Source: Octopus vulgaris (lineage: Eukaryota). From it: a stretch of DNA of 64,000 bases. A model generated the notes under the pieces. It was given only the letters and a program-made list of their open reading frames with translations, had not been told where the DNA came from and searched no databases. Position numbers and translations under genes: made by a program. Location of the stretch: contig OX597817.1 of NCBI GenBank assembly GCA_951406725.2, forward strand, positions 136,772,001 to 136,836,000. Direction: 5' to 3'. The stretch's first letter is position 1; each line of letters begins with the position of its first letter. This document shows, in pieces, positions 1 through 11,709 of the stretch.

Positions 1-229
1 AGTTTGCCTGACTGGGAATGTTTACAGTAACAATAGATTTCAATGTTACATGCAGCAGTAGGAGCACTGTAAAATCACTGAGTGTTTCATTGTCTTTCTG
101 TTCTGAGTTCGGTTTCTTCTATAGTATTCCAACCAGATACACTATTCAGTGCTACTTGACTCATTAACATGTTCTTTGATTATTCAATTTAATGACGAGT
201 GTGTGTGTGTGTAAATAGAATTGTCAAGA

Positions 230-1400
230 ATTGTATTAACATAACTTTATAATTCATGTGTCTGTCAAGATGGTTTATACTTTCCAATGAAAATATTTGA
301 TTTCACAAAGGAATTTTTAAAGAGAAATCTTCTTCATATTTTGGCTAAACTTGTAGAATTTCATTCCCTATATTTCTTTCAGTTTTTAATTTTTATTTTA
401 TTTTTCTTAATGGTTTACTCAGAGTATTCACAGACAGTTGTGTATTTCAAGAATACTTCATGAGATTTTCTCTTCCTATTTACTATTTCAATCTTCTCAT
501 CTTATTCTCTCTTTATACCCTATCCTCAATCCATGACTATTTCTCACTGCCAATACTCCATCCTTCATAACCTGTTCATACTTTCCAACTGCTTTTCTTG
601 TTGACATTTTCCATGGTTCTTCTTAACTATTGTAGTGGTTCCAAGCAGTCAATAATTCTCAGTACATTCACCAATGTTTTTATATTCATCCAACTGTTGC
701 CATATTACTTCTCAAAGAATATAAGCCTGTGAAACTAATTGACTTTCTGTTATATCATCTTTATCTGTTTGTGATATCTAAAGAAGATCTGAGACATTAT
801 TTGTCACAGGCACTTGTTTACAGCAGCAGTAACATGCAATTAGGTTTCAGGCTAAAGATATAGAAGAAATCTTGTTTCAAAAATAAAGTCTGAGCTTGTT
901 ATACAAAAAACAATTGGAATTAAACCTCTTCATATAAGTTCTAACCTCCACACCACATTGCTGTGTCTGTTAAATGATAATTAACTCTTGAGGAATAGTT
1001 TACCTTTCTTTATCTCTTCATCTTTTCTTACCATTTTTGTTCAACAGAGTCTTTATCACTTCATAAAAGACTGTCTTTTATGCATCTTCTCAATGCATAT
1101 AGCAGAATTTATTCCTGTGTTAGTCTGGCCATCTTAGATGTATCTTTTAGATGAATCAAAAACCATTGTCCCTCTCTTTGTAAGGTTAGGGATCGAAGCC
1201 TTTTAAAATAAACTTTGACCTTTTTTTTTTCCTTTTAGAAAAGTTTTTTCTCCCCCACCAAATGTTGTTTGTAGAATAAATAGTTATTCCAGTGTCATGT
1301 TGCCAGTGATATTTACAGACAGACAAGTTGTAAGAAATGAGAGTTGGTCGACAAGCATTAGAAAAGTCGAAGTAAGGTTCTTCCTTAGAAATCATTGAAT
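230..1400 (-). mobile_element. Heavily decayed CR1-group LINE, RT and C-terminal region
   Basis: The minus strand gives broken RT-like motifs in the expected order: PYFDFSNA (cf. YxDFSKAFD, ~1355-1380), AWNHY..MENV(Q)RKA (cf. AWxP..LExVQRRA, ~590-650) and GYKERIR (cf. YxERL, ~500-520). Many stops and frameshifts; boundaries approximate. Confidence 0.5.
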
Positions 1401-1651
1401 GACTTTGATTTGATTTTGAGCTTCTACATTTTCTTCTTTTTGTCTTTGCTTTTCCTGTTTTCAGTCTTTGGATTATAGCCATGCTGGAGCACTAGCTTAT
1501 TTTCCTCTCTCAAATCAGTGATATCAGTCTCAGCACTTTGCCTGGTATGTATTTGATTGAGCTCATAAGGATGGAAGTCAGTCACCCAGGGCATAAAGGG
1601 ATGGAACAAAATACTACAGTAGTTTTGTGTGAAGTAGCAGTCCCCAGCCAC

Positions 1652-1689
<38 letters not shown>

Positions 1690-1971
1690 TATGTATATAT
1701 GCTCACAAACACACACACAAGCACACAGACATGTGAAAAATAGACAGACACCATTATTTTTAAAATTTTTATTTCTAGAAACAAAATAATGTGATGTGAT
1801 GCATAAAATACTTTATCTAGTCTTTACTTAAACATGTCTTGTGTAGTTTATTAAGTATTTAACGCATTTGGGCATTGTACTAATTGAATTGTGTTTGTGC
1901 AAGATTACAAGGTGTGTCTATTTACTTTTGAGATGTCTGTATATATGTGTTTGTTTGTGTGTGTAAGATTA

Positions 1972-2760
1972 TATACAATGTATTCATGCTAAATTTGACA
2001 GTTTGCATAAAAGAAAACCCAATTTCAATTAAAGAATCAAAAACATATCAACTAGATTATAGCTAGGAGATAACAATTTGCTTAAAGACGTTTCCACCAC
2101 AGCCTCAAATGGCTCTGGAACTTGGTGCATGCATTCCTCACCATGTGACTGTGAAAATCTTCAAATACCTCCTTGATCTAGGCCACCATCTCAGCCTTGG
2201 AGTTGCAGGCAGAGCAATTAGTGTCTTTCTGAACTGCACCCGACACTTCATTACCCATGGAATTACAATCAGTGGGGATTAAGAAGCCAGAAATTGGTGC
2301 TGGTGAAGTCGTAGAATTTCTGACATTTTTTGGCGTTATGTTAAACAGCCAAATCCTGCTACCATACATATGGCCTTCTCCAGCTGGAGTTTGACCACAG
2401 TGTCTAGCAGCTTCATATAGCCATCTGAATGGAGCCTAAGGTGCTGTTCAAAGATGTGGGGGATGAACTCTGGTCTGTGGCCATGGTCAAGACATCTGTT
2501 GTGTCTTTTCCTGCCAGCCATGGCTTCATACTTTTCACTGCAGCTGTCCCTGTCACATCTTGCAGCCTCTGCAGTGTTCACAGAGCACTGGACAGCAGTC
2601 ATGATGTTGGCATTTTGGCACCTGGTGCAAATCCTCATGACACAGGTAACTTAACTCTTTCTTCAGTATTCTAGCCCCACTTGTCACCCAGCTTATACTT
2701 TAATCTTTCTGCCCTACAACATAATTGACTGTTCACCAATATATGAAGCTGCTACAGGAA
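1972..2760 (-). mobile_element. Internally deleted DD37D (maT-type) Tc1/mariner transposon, copy 1
   Basis: Minus-strand ORFs 2336-2638 and 2178-2369 give IMTAVQCSVNT (N-terminal HTH region), PHIFEQHLRLHSDGYMKLLDTVVK and PTDCNSM..GAVQKDTN. Clearly homologous to 44718-45510. The left end TA-CAATGTATTCATGCTAAATTTGACAGTTT resembles the left end of copy 2. Confidence 0.8.
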
Positions 2761-2984
2761 AAAAGGAGGTGCACACACGCATGCCCGTGCATAGACACAC
2801 ACACACACACACCCTAGCATGCCCACAACCCATGAACTGGAACAAGTAAAAGATGTTTATTTTTACAAAAGAATGATTATTCACATCAATTTTAAATACT
2901 ACATATATGTATGTATCAATGTTTGAATGTCTTTAAATATGAGTGTCCATACATGGACACATGTACACACACACACACACACTT

Positions 2985-3430
2985 GTGTTGATAAGAAGGA
3001 CATGGGATGTGAGAAAAGTTGTTGAGTTGACAGAAAAAGACTGATATGGTAGGCTGGTGTTCAAAGCATAATGCGAAACATGTAGGGTCATGTTAACAGT
3101 ATGTCATAAATAAAAAGGAAAGAGATGTGTCTTGTGAGTAGGAAAATGTTAAGAAGTGTGATGAATTTAGAAAGGAGCTGTAATTTATGTATAGAAGAGC
3201 TAATCGTTTCCTGGTTTGAACGTGGAATAAGAGCAGCTGACACAGGCCTGATGGAAGAGAGCTTTTAGTTATGTGTGGAAAATTTTTTAAGTGTAAATAG
3301 ACTTAAGTACATCTAGGAAGATAGGGAAGACATGGTTCATTCAGAAAAAGACCCTAGAGTCTCATTGACGAAATGATAAAATGGAAGATTTGGTCTGCCC
3401 AGCCTGTGCTAGCTTGGGAAATTGAATTTT
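2985..3430 (+). mobile_element. Decayed RTE LINE 3' end
   Basis: Weak traces of the RTE C-terminus (GRxxKTW-like GGAAGATAGGGAAGACATGG at ~3316-3335), ending in CCAGCCTGTGCTAGCTTGGGAA, which resembles the tail shared by family D. Confidence 0.4.
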
Positions 3431-3731
3431 AAAACAACAATAATTATAGTTAACCATTTATTTCTCTGTCCGTTTGTTCTAATAATCTATGAAACCTGCC
3501 AAAATCTATAGCTTCTTCAACTTGATAGAAATAAATAAATGGATAAAGGGAAGACTATGGACATTGCTGGTCTTCTTTTTAATGGGGAAAAAAATAATAA
3601 TATTGAAGTTTGATATTTTTTAAGCAGGATCAATTAATGTGTAACCTCAGTATATTCTGACAAGAATGGACTGTTCTTTTGTCTTCTTATCTATCTATTT
3701 CTCTTTCTATCAATCAGATGCCTGTCTGTCA

Positions 3732-3767
<36 letters not shown>

Positions 3768-5270
3768 TCTTCCTACTCTCATTACACTAAATGGAAATGG
3801 ATATAATACAGTTTAATGCTTTCTGGAATGTAATTTCCTTGGTTCCTAAGTACATTGTTGAACTGCAGTCATTTTGTATAATGGTTCAAGAAGCTCCAAG
3901 TTTGACATTCTCTTTCACCGTCGACCATCTCACTGACAACCGATATGCCATCAAAATTAGCAGTTTTGGTGTGCACGCATCGTATGATGGTGGTGGTGGT
4001 GGTGGTTGTGTAATAAATATGAAAGTAAAAAAACTTAAAAGTGCCAAAAATCTCCTCCATAGGTCAGCCAATCATTGGAACACTTGCTGAATAAATAGTA
4101 GAGCACTAAAATCTGTTACTTAGATCACCACCACCACCATCACTGATTCAATAATTTATTTATTTATTTATTTTTTTTATTTTCCATGTTGGATGGTGAA
4201 ATGAGTTGTAAATTCCAAGAAATTTTAGTGCCTTTCCATTCTGTGATGTATTTACCACTAAACTCTCAAATCTTATATCTGCTGCACTTAGTCTTCTTAT
4301 GGCTTTTCTATTAATCTGTTGCAATGAATCTGTTAAAATCAGCATCTTTTCTCCTCTTTCTCCATTCCTTACTCCTACCTTCTCTCTCTCTCTCTCTCTC
4401 ACCATTGCTTTATTATTAATTACTTTCTCTGTAAGTTATAGCTTTGTGAATACAGTGTTACTTTGAAGGTGTGTGTGTGTGTGTGTGGCAACATATTTTT
4501 ATTGAATTAAGTAAGGTTTATAGAAGTTACGGTCTTTCTCCACTTAGTTTTTCTTTCTTTCACTTTTTATTAGCCAATCTATTTTGTTTTAGTTTGCCAG
4601 TCAAATATGAGATTTTTTACACTTTTCTCTACAGACTGACAAGAAATGAAAAAAGCTGATAAACTTCTAATCTTTCTCCACACTTAAAAATGAAGGAATC
4701 ATCTAACAATTTGGAAATGAATTTAATGATAGTTTGAATTGTGATTCTTTAGTAATATTCTAAAAGTTCATCTTTTTATTTCTTATGAAGTTTTCTTGCC
4801 TTCCCCTTCATATCATGTTTTATGTTTGTTTAGTCACAATAGTCCATCTATCGAGAGGACTCTGTTATATTATACAAGTATTAAGCTTCTGACAACATTA
4901 CATTCATCTAGAGTGCTGTTACATATTGTACAATTATTATTAAACACACGGATACATTTGTGTGGTAAGTTATACTATACTAACAAGTACTTGACAAAGT
5001 CATATAAAGAAGTTTGGTTTTATAGCAAGTTCGTATTTACAAAGATAAATTACTAGCACAGTGCTGATTGAGCTGAAGAAGCCAAAAAACTTGAGCAAGA
5101 ACTCTCAGATATTGAGTTCTACTTTTACAACTACCCAGTTAACTCCCCCAGTTAACTCCAGCTGCATTTCACTGACAAAAAAAGAAAGGCTTTTTCTTGG
5201 TGTCTATTGAATCCCAGAAATTTGAAAGGCAAAGTTGAGCCAGATGAGGAGTGAAATTGACAAAGTTTAA

Positions 5271-5490
5271 CCCTTTTGTTACCGTATTTATTTTGAGATG
5301 CTTTGTGTTTCAGTCAATTAATTTTAAATACAACAGAGAATTTAGTAAAATAACTGTTATTATTAAGCTTGAGTTAGGAACCTATATTGAGACTAAGGTT
5401 TGGTGGGAGATTTTAATTCAAAACTTATGAAAACAAGACATTTATGCTACAGAGCCAGAGGCAGTTTCAGCCGGGTTGGTATTGAAAGGG
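5271..5490. mobile_element. piggyBac-type MITE (220 bp) with TTAA target-site duplication
   Basis: TTAA at 5267-5270 and 5491-5494. Imperfect terminal inverted repeats CCCTTTTGTTACC / GGTATTGAAAGGG. Non-coding interior. Sits next to a Nin-SINE fragment (~5205-5262). Confidence 0.8.
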
Positions 5491-5704
5491 TTAAATACTC
5501 TTTTACAACTTTACTGGCACCTATCTCACAATTACTCTTCTGGTTACAACAATTTTGATATTTGTTCTCACAGGTTGATACACATCGTTAAAACGTCTTA
5601 TAAAACCAGCATCATCAGGTAATATCTGTCTTCCTTGCTGGTATGTGTTGGACAGTTCGACTGGAGCAGGCACTGCACCAAGCTGTACTATCTGTTTTAG
5701 CATT

Positions 5705-5969
5705 AATAATAATAATAATAATAATAATAACCCTTTCTAGTATAGGCACAAGCCCTGATTGTGAGGGAGGGGGCTAGTCGATTACATTGACCTCAGTGCA
5801 TAACTGGTACTTAATTTATGAACCCTGAAAGGGTAAAAGATAAAGTCGACCTTGGTGGAATTTGAACTAAGAACATAGCGGCAGATGAAAAACCACTAAG
5901 CATTTTGCCTGGCATGCTAACGATTCTGCCAGCTTGCCATGCTAATGATTCTGCCAGCTCACTGCCTTC

Positions 5970-5970
<1 letters not shown>
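5705..5970 (-). mobile_element. tRNA-derived SINE family A (Nin-domain-like)
   Basis: The minus strand reads GAGCTGGCAGAATCGTTAGCATGCC..GTTCAAATTCC..GTCGACTTT..CCCTTTCAGGGTTCATAAATTAAGTACCAG (Pol III A/B boxes plus Nin-like core). Flanked on both sides by (AAT)n. The first ~21 bp are tandemly duplicated at 5914-5960. Confidence 0.85.
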
Positions 5971-6052
<82 letters not shown>

Positions 6053-6114
6053 GCTTTTGTATTAAAATATAAACATTTGTAATGGTCAAGATAGTGTGTG
6101 TGTGTGTGTGTGAT

Positions 6115-6950
6115 CATTGTCATGAACATGTTTTCCATGATGGCGTGAGTTGGTTTGACAGGATCTGGTGAATTAGAGGATTGTACCAAGTTCCACTATC
6201 TTCTTTGGCATGGTTTCTATGGCTGGTCGATGCCCTTCCTAACACCAACCACTTTACAGAGTAGACTGGATGCTTTTTATGTGGCACCAGTGAGGTCACC
6301 AAGTAATTTACAAGACAAAGGTCCCTCAACTGAGAGGGGATGTGGTATTGAGGGTGAGGTCTTTGTGCCGGGTGATGAGAGCTTAAACTATGCTAGAAGG
6401 ACAGAAATAAGTATCTTGCTGAAGAGATAAATGGTTATCCCTGTTACAGAGTGTATTCAGTGCTTTTTATATGGCACCAATACTGACAGAGTCACTGTAG
6501 ATAGAGTGGGTGTGGGCTTTATGCCAGCTGAGAGATTTAAGGTCTAGAGGGGACAGATATAGGTGTCTTGTTGTAGAGCAGATTACATGGGTACCCCGGT
6601 TGGAAAAGAAAGTGATTTGGAGAGTAAGATAGATAGAGAGAGAGAGTGACAGTGAGAGACAGATGATAGTGAAGATGTGTCAGGGTATACCCTCAAGGGA
6701 AATTGAGGGTGGTGGGAAGAGGTGAGGTGATAAAGTGCCTTGGGCTGGGTGAGTAACGAGGAGATTGTAGTAAATGAAGGAGAGAAATATAGGAGAGTCT
6801 GAGGGTGGGGCATGGGTTACAGTTGATATATCAAGGCACTGAGGGTGATAGCAGGTAAGTGAGGGACTGATGATGGAGAACATCACAGGGAGGTGAGAGA
6901 ATGTACTGAAAGCAAGTGACTGGGGGAGAAAGTAGGTGAGAAAGCAATGT
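6115..6950 (-). mobile_element. Family D non-autonomous retroelement with RTE-like tail, long version
   Basis: Contains GGCTGGTCGATGCCCTTCCTAACACCAACCAC and TTTTTATGTGGCACCAG, shared with 60052-60290 and many other copies, followed by a purine-rich body similar in composition to 20860-21060 and 60750-60900. Confidence 0.65.
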
Positions 6951-6954
6951 TGGG

Positions 6955-7138
6955 GGGACACACACACACACATATATATATGATGGGCTTCTTTCAGTTT
7001 CCATTTAACAAATCCACTCACAAGGCTTTGGTAAGTCTGAGGCTTTAGTAAAAGACACTTGTCCAAGGTGCCACACGGGGACTGAACTGGCAACCATGTG
7101 GTTGGTAAGCAAGCTACTTACCACACAGCCACTCCTGC
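6955..7138 (-). mobile_element. SINE family B, 5' half (tRNA-like head)
   Basis: Reverse complement of GCAGGAGTGGCTGTGTGGTAAGTAGCTTGCTTACCAACCACATGGTT..CAGTCCC..CCTTGGACAAGTGTCTT; matches the head of the full copies at 15770-16177 and 44148-44547. Confidence 0.85.
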
Positions 7139-7139
7139 C

Positions 7140-7780
7140 TAACTTTTCTCTCAATATCCTAGTGCTCTGTTGCACATGTGCACTGACATTGCACTTCCAG
7201 CACAGAGTGTACCTGTTTCATTCCTCTCTTGTCTTCACATGTCCTCTACATTCAAGGCCCATGTCTCACTATCATGTAGCATTGCCATCCATACACATGC
7301 TTCATACAATCTTGCTTTCTCTTAGAGAGTGAGACCTTTGGTTGCCAACTGAAGTGAAAGTTCTCAACTTTTTCCATCCTTTTCCTATTCTAACAATTAC
7401 ACTTTCATTTCATCTTCCTCTGCTACTAATTAGCTCATCTAGGTAGCAGAAATTATCTTCTACTTTTGAAGAATCTTCAGGGCATACAGTTTGCCATATA
7501 TCTCTAGTCTTTACGGCTTCTGTCCATCTTCCACTTACAAATACTACTTTCTCTGTTAACTTTCTTACCATTCCATTGCAATTCTTGTGTGTCCATAGCT
7601 TGCACTGGGTACACTGTATGGAATTCCTGCTTATGCCTTTCCTACATATCAAGCAAGGCCATTTACCTGAAGTGGGTAGGATCCTCTCCAATTTCTTATT
7701 TACCAGGCCCTTGGTCTTTACTAAGTGAACTTTAAAACCCTTTGATTCCAGGTTTTGTTTCCACCCCTGGAATTCCTTAC
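7140..7780 (-). mobile_element. RTE-clade LINE fragment (end of RT, PHD-like zinc finger, thumb)
   Basis: ORF 7410-7808: WKQNLESKGFKVHLVKTK (RTE LExKGLKVNxxKTK), WPCLICRKG..SIQCTQCKLWTHKNC, and VEDNFCYLDELIS (cf. VxxFxYLG). Homologous to 30290-30820. Confidence 0.85.
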
Positions 7781-7840
7781 ACACATACACACACACACAC
7801 ACACACACTTGAATAAAACTGTAAATATTTGTTCTTGTAG

Positions 7841-7993
7841 GAAGATGGGATGATGGAAGGAGGCAGCCATCAGGAGACAGCCATTAACTTATCTACGAGT
7901 AAAGACTTGCTGCAATCCTGTAACGGAGATCTTTACACTGTTGCTCGTTCAAGTGCAGCCTTACATGCTGCTGAAAATGGTGATGCTTCTCAG
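7841..7993 (+). CDS. FoxP: Host protein-coding exon (153 nt, phase 0/0); tentatively the N-terminal coding exon of a forkhead box P transcription factor
   Basis: Acceptor tttgttcttgtag| and donor CAG|gtttgt. Open 51-codon frame EDGMMEGGSHQETAINLSTSKDLLQSCNGDLYTVARSSAALHAAENGDASQ, with higher GC than the flanks, non-repetitive sequence and ATGATG at 7850. AINLSTS...NGD resembles the GAINLSTS..NGD motif I recall from invertebrate FoxP N-termini. Exon confidence ~0.8; gene identity only ~0.5 (from memory, no forkhead domain in the window). Confidence 0.6.
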
Positions 7994-8190
7994 GTTTGTC
8001 CCTTATTATTTTTCTCTGCAAAATAATACCTTTCATTAACTCTGAACCAGTTGTTAAGTGCGCCCACCACCTGAGGGACCAATGCTAGAAGTGTTGAAAC
8101 AATTGACGTGATTAATAATAAAAATTCTCATATTCTACCTTCCATCTTTCTTTTACCCTACATATATATATATATGTATGTAGATATATA

Positions 8191-9455
8191 CAGGGGTTGG
8201 ACAAAATAATTGAAACACCTTAGAATTTCAAACAAATATATTTTAATATGGGGTAGGACTGCCTTTCGCAGTAATTACAGCTTGAATTCTTAGAGGTATG
8301 GACTTGTACAAAGTTTGAATTGTTTCCAAAGGAATTTTTTGTCCATTCTTCAGTTAAAACAGTCTCTAGTTCTTGTAGTGATGATGGTGGAGAATATCGA
8401 CTCCTTACTTGTTTTTCTAAAATGCACCATAAATGTTCAATAATATTGAGATCTGGGGACTGTGGTGGCCAGATAAGATGTTCAACTTCACTAGAGTGTT
8501 ACTTGTGCCATTCAGTAACGAATTTAGCTTTGTGAATTGGTGCATTATCATCCTGAAAGATTGCATTTCCCTCCGGAACAGTTCTGCAACCATAGGATGA
8601 ATTTGATCAGATAATATGCTTAAATAGTATCAACTATTAATTCTGCCATGAAGGGAAACCATTGGACTGGTGAATTTCCAAGATATAGCCCCTGCCCCCA
8701 TCATCATAGATCCTCTTCCATGTTTAACAGTTGTAAGAAGGCAGTCTGGGTCAAATGCTTCTTTTGGTTGCCTCCACACTCAGCTGATGGTTGGATATAA
8801 GGTAAAGGATGACTTGTCTGAGAAAATAACATTCTTCTACTGCTCTAGGGACCAGTTCTGTAGGTTTTTTCTCCACTCTATATGCTTTACAACATTTCTT
8901 TTTGAAAGTAGAGTTTTCTGATTGTAGCCCTCCCATGAAATTCAGCTTTGTACAGCTCCCAGCGAATGGTTTTTGAGGAAACTGGGTTCTCAAGGTGGTC
9001 ATTAAGCTCTGCAGTAATTTTGGGAGCTGTACTTTTGTGATCCTTTTTAACAATTCGCATAAGAGTCTGATGGTCCCTATCTGAAAATTTTGGTTTTCTT
9101 CCAGAGTTTTGCTTTGACGAGGAGGTTTTTTTCCCTCTTTCCCAAAGGCTGTCATTACTTTCAAGACAGTACTTCTTGATACACCAAACATTTCAGCTGT
9201 TTTCGTTATGCTAGCACCTGCCATATGAGCACCAACAATTTGACCTCTTTGAAAGTCTGATAGATCTGTCATTTTAATGAATTTTAATAACCTTTTTCTG
9301 GTGATATTTGAAAAGAAACAGCTATTTTAGTAAAACATATTAAGCAACACTAATAATAATTAAAAAAACATAAAAAATAAACAAGCTTTTGACAGGTTTT
9401 ATCGATATTTCAAAATTATGATGCTAGGGGTTTCTGTTATTTTGTCCAACCCCTG
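8191..9455 (-). mobile_element. Full-length (1265 bp) inactivated Tc1-like DNA transposon with DD36E catalytic spacing
   Basis: TA flanks at 8189-8190 and 9456-9457. TIRs CAGGGGTTGGACAAAATAA(ttgaaacacc) / (ggtttctg)TTATTTTGTCCAACCCCTG. Transposase begins at 9272 (MTDLSDFQRGQIVGAHMAGASITKTAEMFGVSRSTV) and includes VIFSDKSSF and FQDDNAPIH...WPPQSPDLNIIEHLW. Frameshifts and stops are present. Confidence 0.95.
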
Positions 9456-9518
9456 TATATATTTGTGTGTCTTTTTCTCTTGTTTTATGTATGTTTATAT
9501 TTAAATAAATACACATGC

Positions 9519-9550
<32 letters not shown>

Positions 9551-9914
9551 GTCTATGTGTCTGTGTGTGTATATACATGTGTGTTTGGTCCCCACTATCA
9601 TGTAACAACTGTTGATTGCTTAAGTCCCTGTAATTTAGTGGTGAGTCAAATTGTATAGCACTGTATCACACCCTCCTATCTTTGAAAAGGAAATCATACA
9701 TTAGATGATAATAGACCAGTCTAGCAAAAAAGTAAAAAAATAAAAAAAATAGTGCTCCAGACTGGCAATATCTTTTAGTATAAATGTATTCAATTAGAGA
9801 TTTTTCAGTTCTAACACAAGGACAACGGCGTGGGATTGTAGAAACTATGAACAACAAATGAGACTGAACTTCATGCAACAGCCATAATAAAATTAAGGAA
9901 GATGATGACAACAT

Positions 9915-10125
9915 CATTAATAACTTCAGGTTTTGGCACAAGGCCAGCAATCTTTGGCAGGGATTAAGTCAATTACATTGACCCTCTTATCTGGTACTTA
10001 TTTTATTGACACTGAAAAGATGTAAGGTAAAGATGACCTCGGCAGAATTTGAACTCAGAACTTAAAGGCAGGCAAAATGCTACTAAGCATTTTGCTTGGT
10101 GTGCTAACAATTCTGCCAGCTTGCT
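9915..10125 (-). mobile_element. SINE family A (Nin-domain-like)
   Basis: Same head, B box (reverse of GAATTTGAACTCAGAA) and Nin-like core as 5705-5970. Confidence 0.8.
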
Positions 10126-10153
10126 GCTCTCAACAACAACAACAACAACAACA

Positions 10154-10670
10154 ATGGCTTCTGACCTTAATTGATTGGAAGTGTTATTATGTTTTGTCTT
10201 TGTATAAAAGATGGGCTACAGCAAATATTCTGCTCAATACTACAGATTTGCTTGTCAGTTGTTTGACCTTAACTAGTGGAGCATGTCCCTTAGTGGCTGA
10301 CGATATGTGTATTTCTGATCACGAGCAGAAGTAGTGGGGGAGCATCATAGCTATGTGTTGAGAGGGATTTTTGGGGGTTTGAATAATTCACCTCTGGAAA
10401 CATGAGTGTTTCATTCAACATCCTTAAACAACCCTTATTCATGGACCTTTTGAGTAGGATGGGCTACTCGACCTGAAGAAAATTCTAGCTGAGCCCCACC
10501 TGCAAGGTCATGTGCTGTTTATCTTGATCTGAAATCATTATATCGTGCACATACATTTGTGATGCTTGTGCCTGGTGTACCCTTATCAGACAGGTAGTCA
10601 TAATGGGTGTATTGGGCTTCATATATTTGTACCCCAGTGCCATTTTGATGGCATGTGCTGCTCTCTCCCA
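10154..10670 (+). repeat. Family F interspersed repeat (~520 bp), copy 1
   Basis: Colinear and highly similar to 16199-16746 (e.g. AAAAGATGGGCTACAGCAAATATTCTGCTC, GATCACGAGCAGAAGTAGTGGGGGAGCATCAT, CCTTATCAGACAGGTAGTCAT). Preceded by (CAA)n and followed by (AAT)n. No coding capacity recognised. Confidence 0.9.
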
Positions 10671-10681
10671 TAATAATAATG

Positions 10682-10713
<32 letters not shown>

Positions 10714-10717
<4 letters not shown>

Positions 10718-10915
10718 GTTTCAAATCTTGGCACAAGGCCAGCAATTTCAGGGGTGGGGATAAGTCAATGACATCGACCTCAGAGCTCAATTGGTCTTAT
10801 TTTATTGACCCAGAAAGAATGAAAGGTCAAGTCAACAAAATTTGTGCTTAATGTAAAGATGGATTAAATCCCACTTTTGTGCAGCATGCTAGTGATATTG
10901 CCATCTTGTTATCTT
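10714..10915 (-). mobile_element. SINE family A, diverged copy
   Basis: 3' part TTTCAAATCTTGGCACAAGGCCAGCAATTTC and Nin-like core TTTATTGACCCAGAAAGAATGAAAGGTCAAGTC. Confidence 0.7.
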
Positions 10916-11474
10916 AATAATGTTAGTAATAATGGTAGATGAAACTCCTGATATGCAGGACAAAGCAGTGGTGAAGGTAACCCACGCAGATCATGTGCAG
11001 TCTGATATAAAACCCACATGGGACAACTTACTGAGTTGGCAACCTGCTTCAGCTAAAGCTTCTTTGAGCCATAATGAACAATCTATTGAGGGATGGTGTC
11101 TCGTTAAAAGCACCAGTCTCTGTGGGACCTTACTCACTAACCCTGCATGCCTTTATGATAATAAAGCAGAATCCATACAAGATTGGTCATGGCCTGAGTG
11201 AACAAGGGTCACATCACCTTGAGTTGCAGGGTTGAAAAGTTTGCAGCTGGTCCAAGCCTTCCTAGTAACACAAAGCTAGAGGTCTCCCACAATTGGACAA
11301 ATCCTTTCAGATGCCACCCATGTCCTACCAATCAAATCAAGGTATAGTAATGGTCCAGAGAAGACAACAGGTTCTTGAGCTTCATTCCAGTTCCATCCAT
11401 CATCCTCTAGAAGTTTGAAACACTGAGCAAAGTCACCAGATTTGGAGGACAAAGAATCCCAATTCTAGACAACA

Positions 11475-11685
11475 ATAATAACAGAAATTCTTTCTACTGG
11501 AAGGCACAAGACCTGAAATTTTAGGGAAGAGGCTTGTCAATTACATTGACCCCCAGTGCTCAACTGGTACTTATTTTACTGACTCTAGAAGGATGAAAGG
11601 CAGAATTTGAACTCAGAACTTCAAGCTGGAAGAAATACAGCTGAGCATTTTGTGGGAAGCTCTAATGATTCTGCCAGCTCACCAA
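11475..11685 (-). mobile_element. SINE family A
   Basis: CTGGTACTTATTTTACTGACTCTAGAAGGATGAAAGGCAGAATTTGAACTCAGAA..GATTCTGCCAGCTCACC; small internal deletion. Confidence 0.8.
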
Positions 11686-11709
11686 TAACAACAACAACAA
11701 TAATAAACT

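Noticed and set aside
5521-5703. 60-aa minus-strand ORF, and a CTGATGA that looks like a hammerhead core
   Set aside because: The sequence is a diverged family D tail; CTGATGA comes from its (GAT)n terminus.
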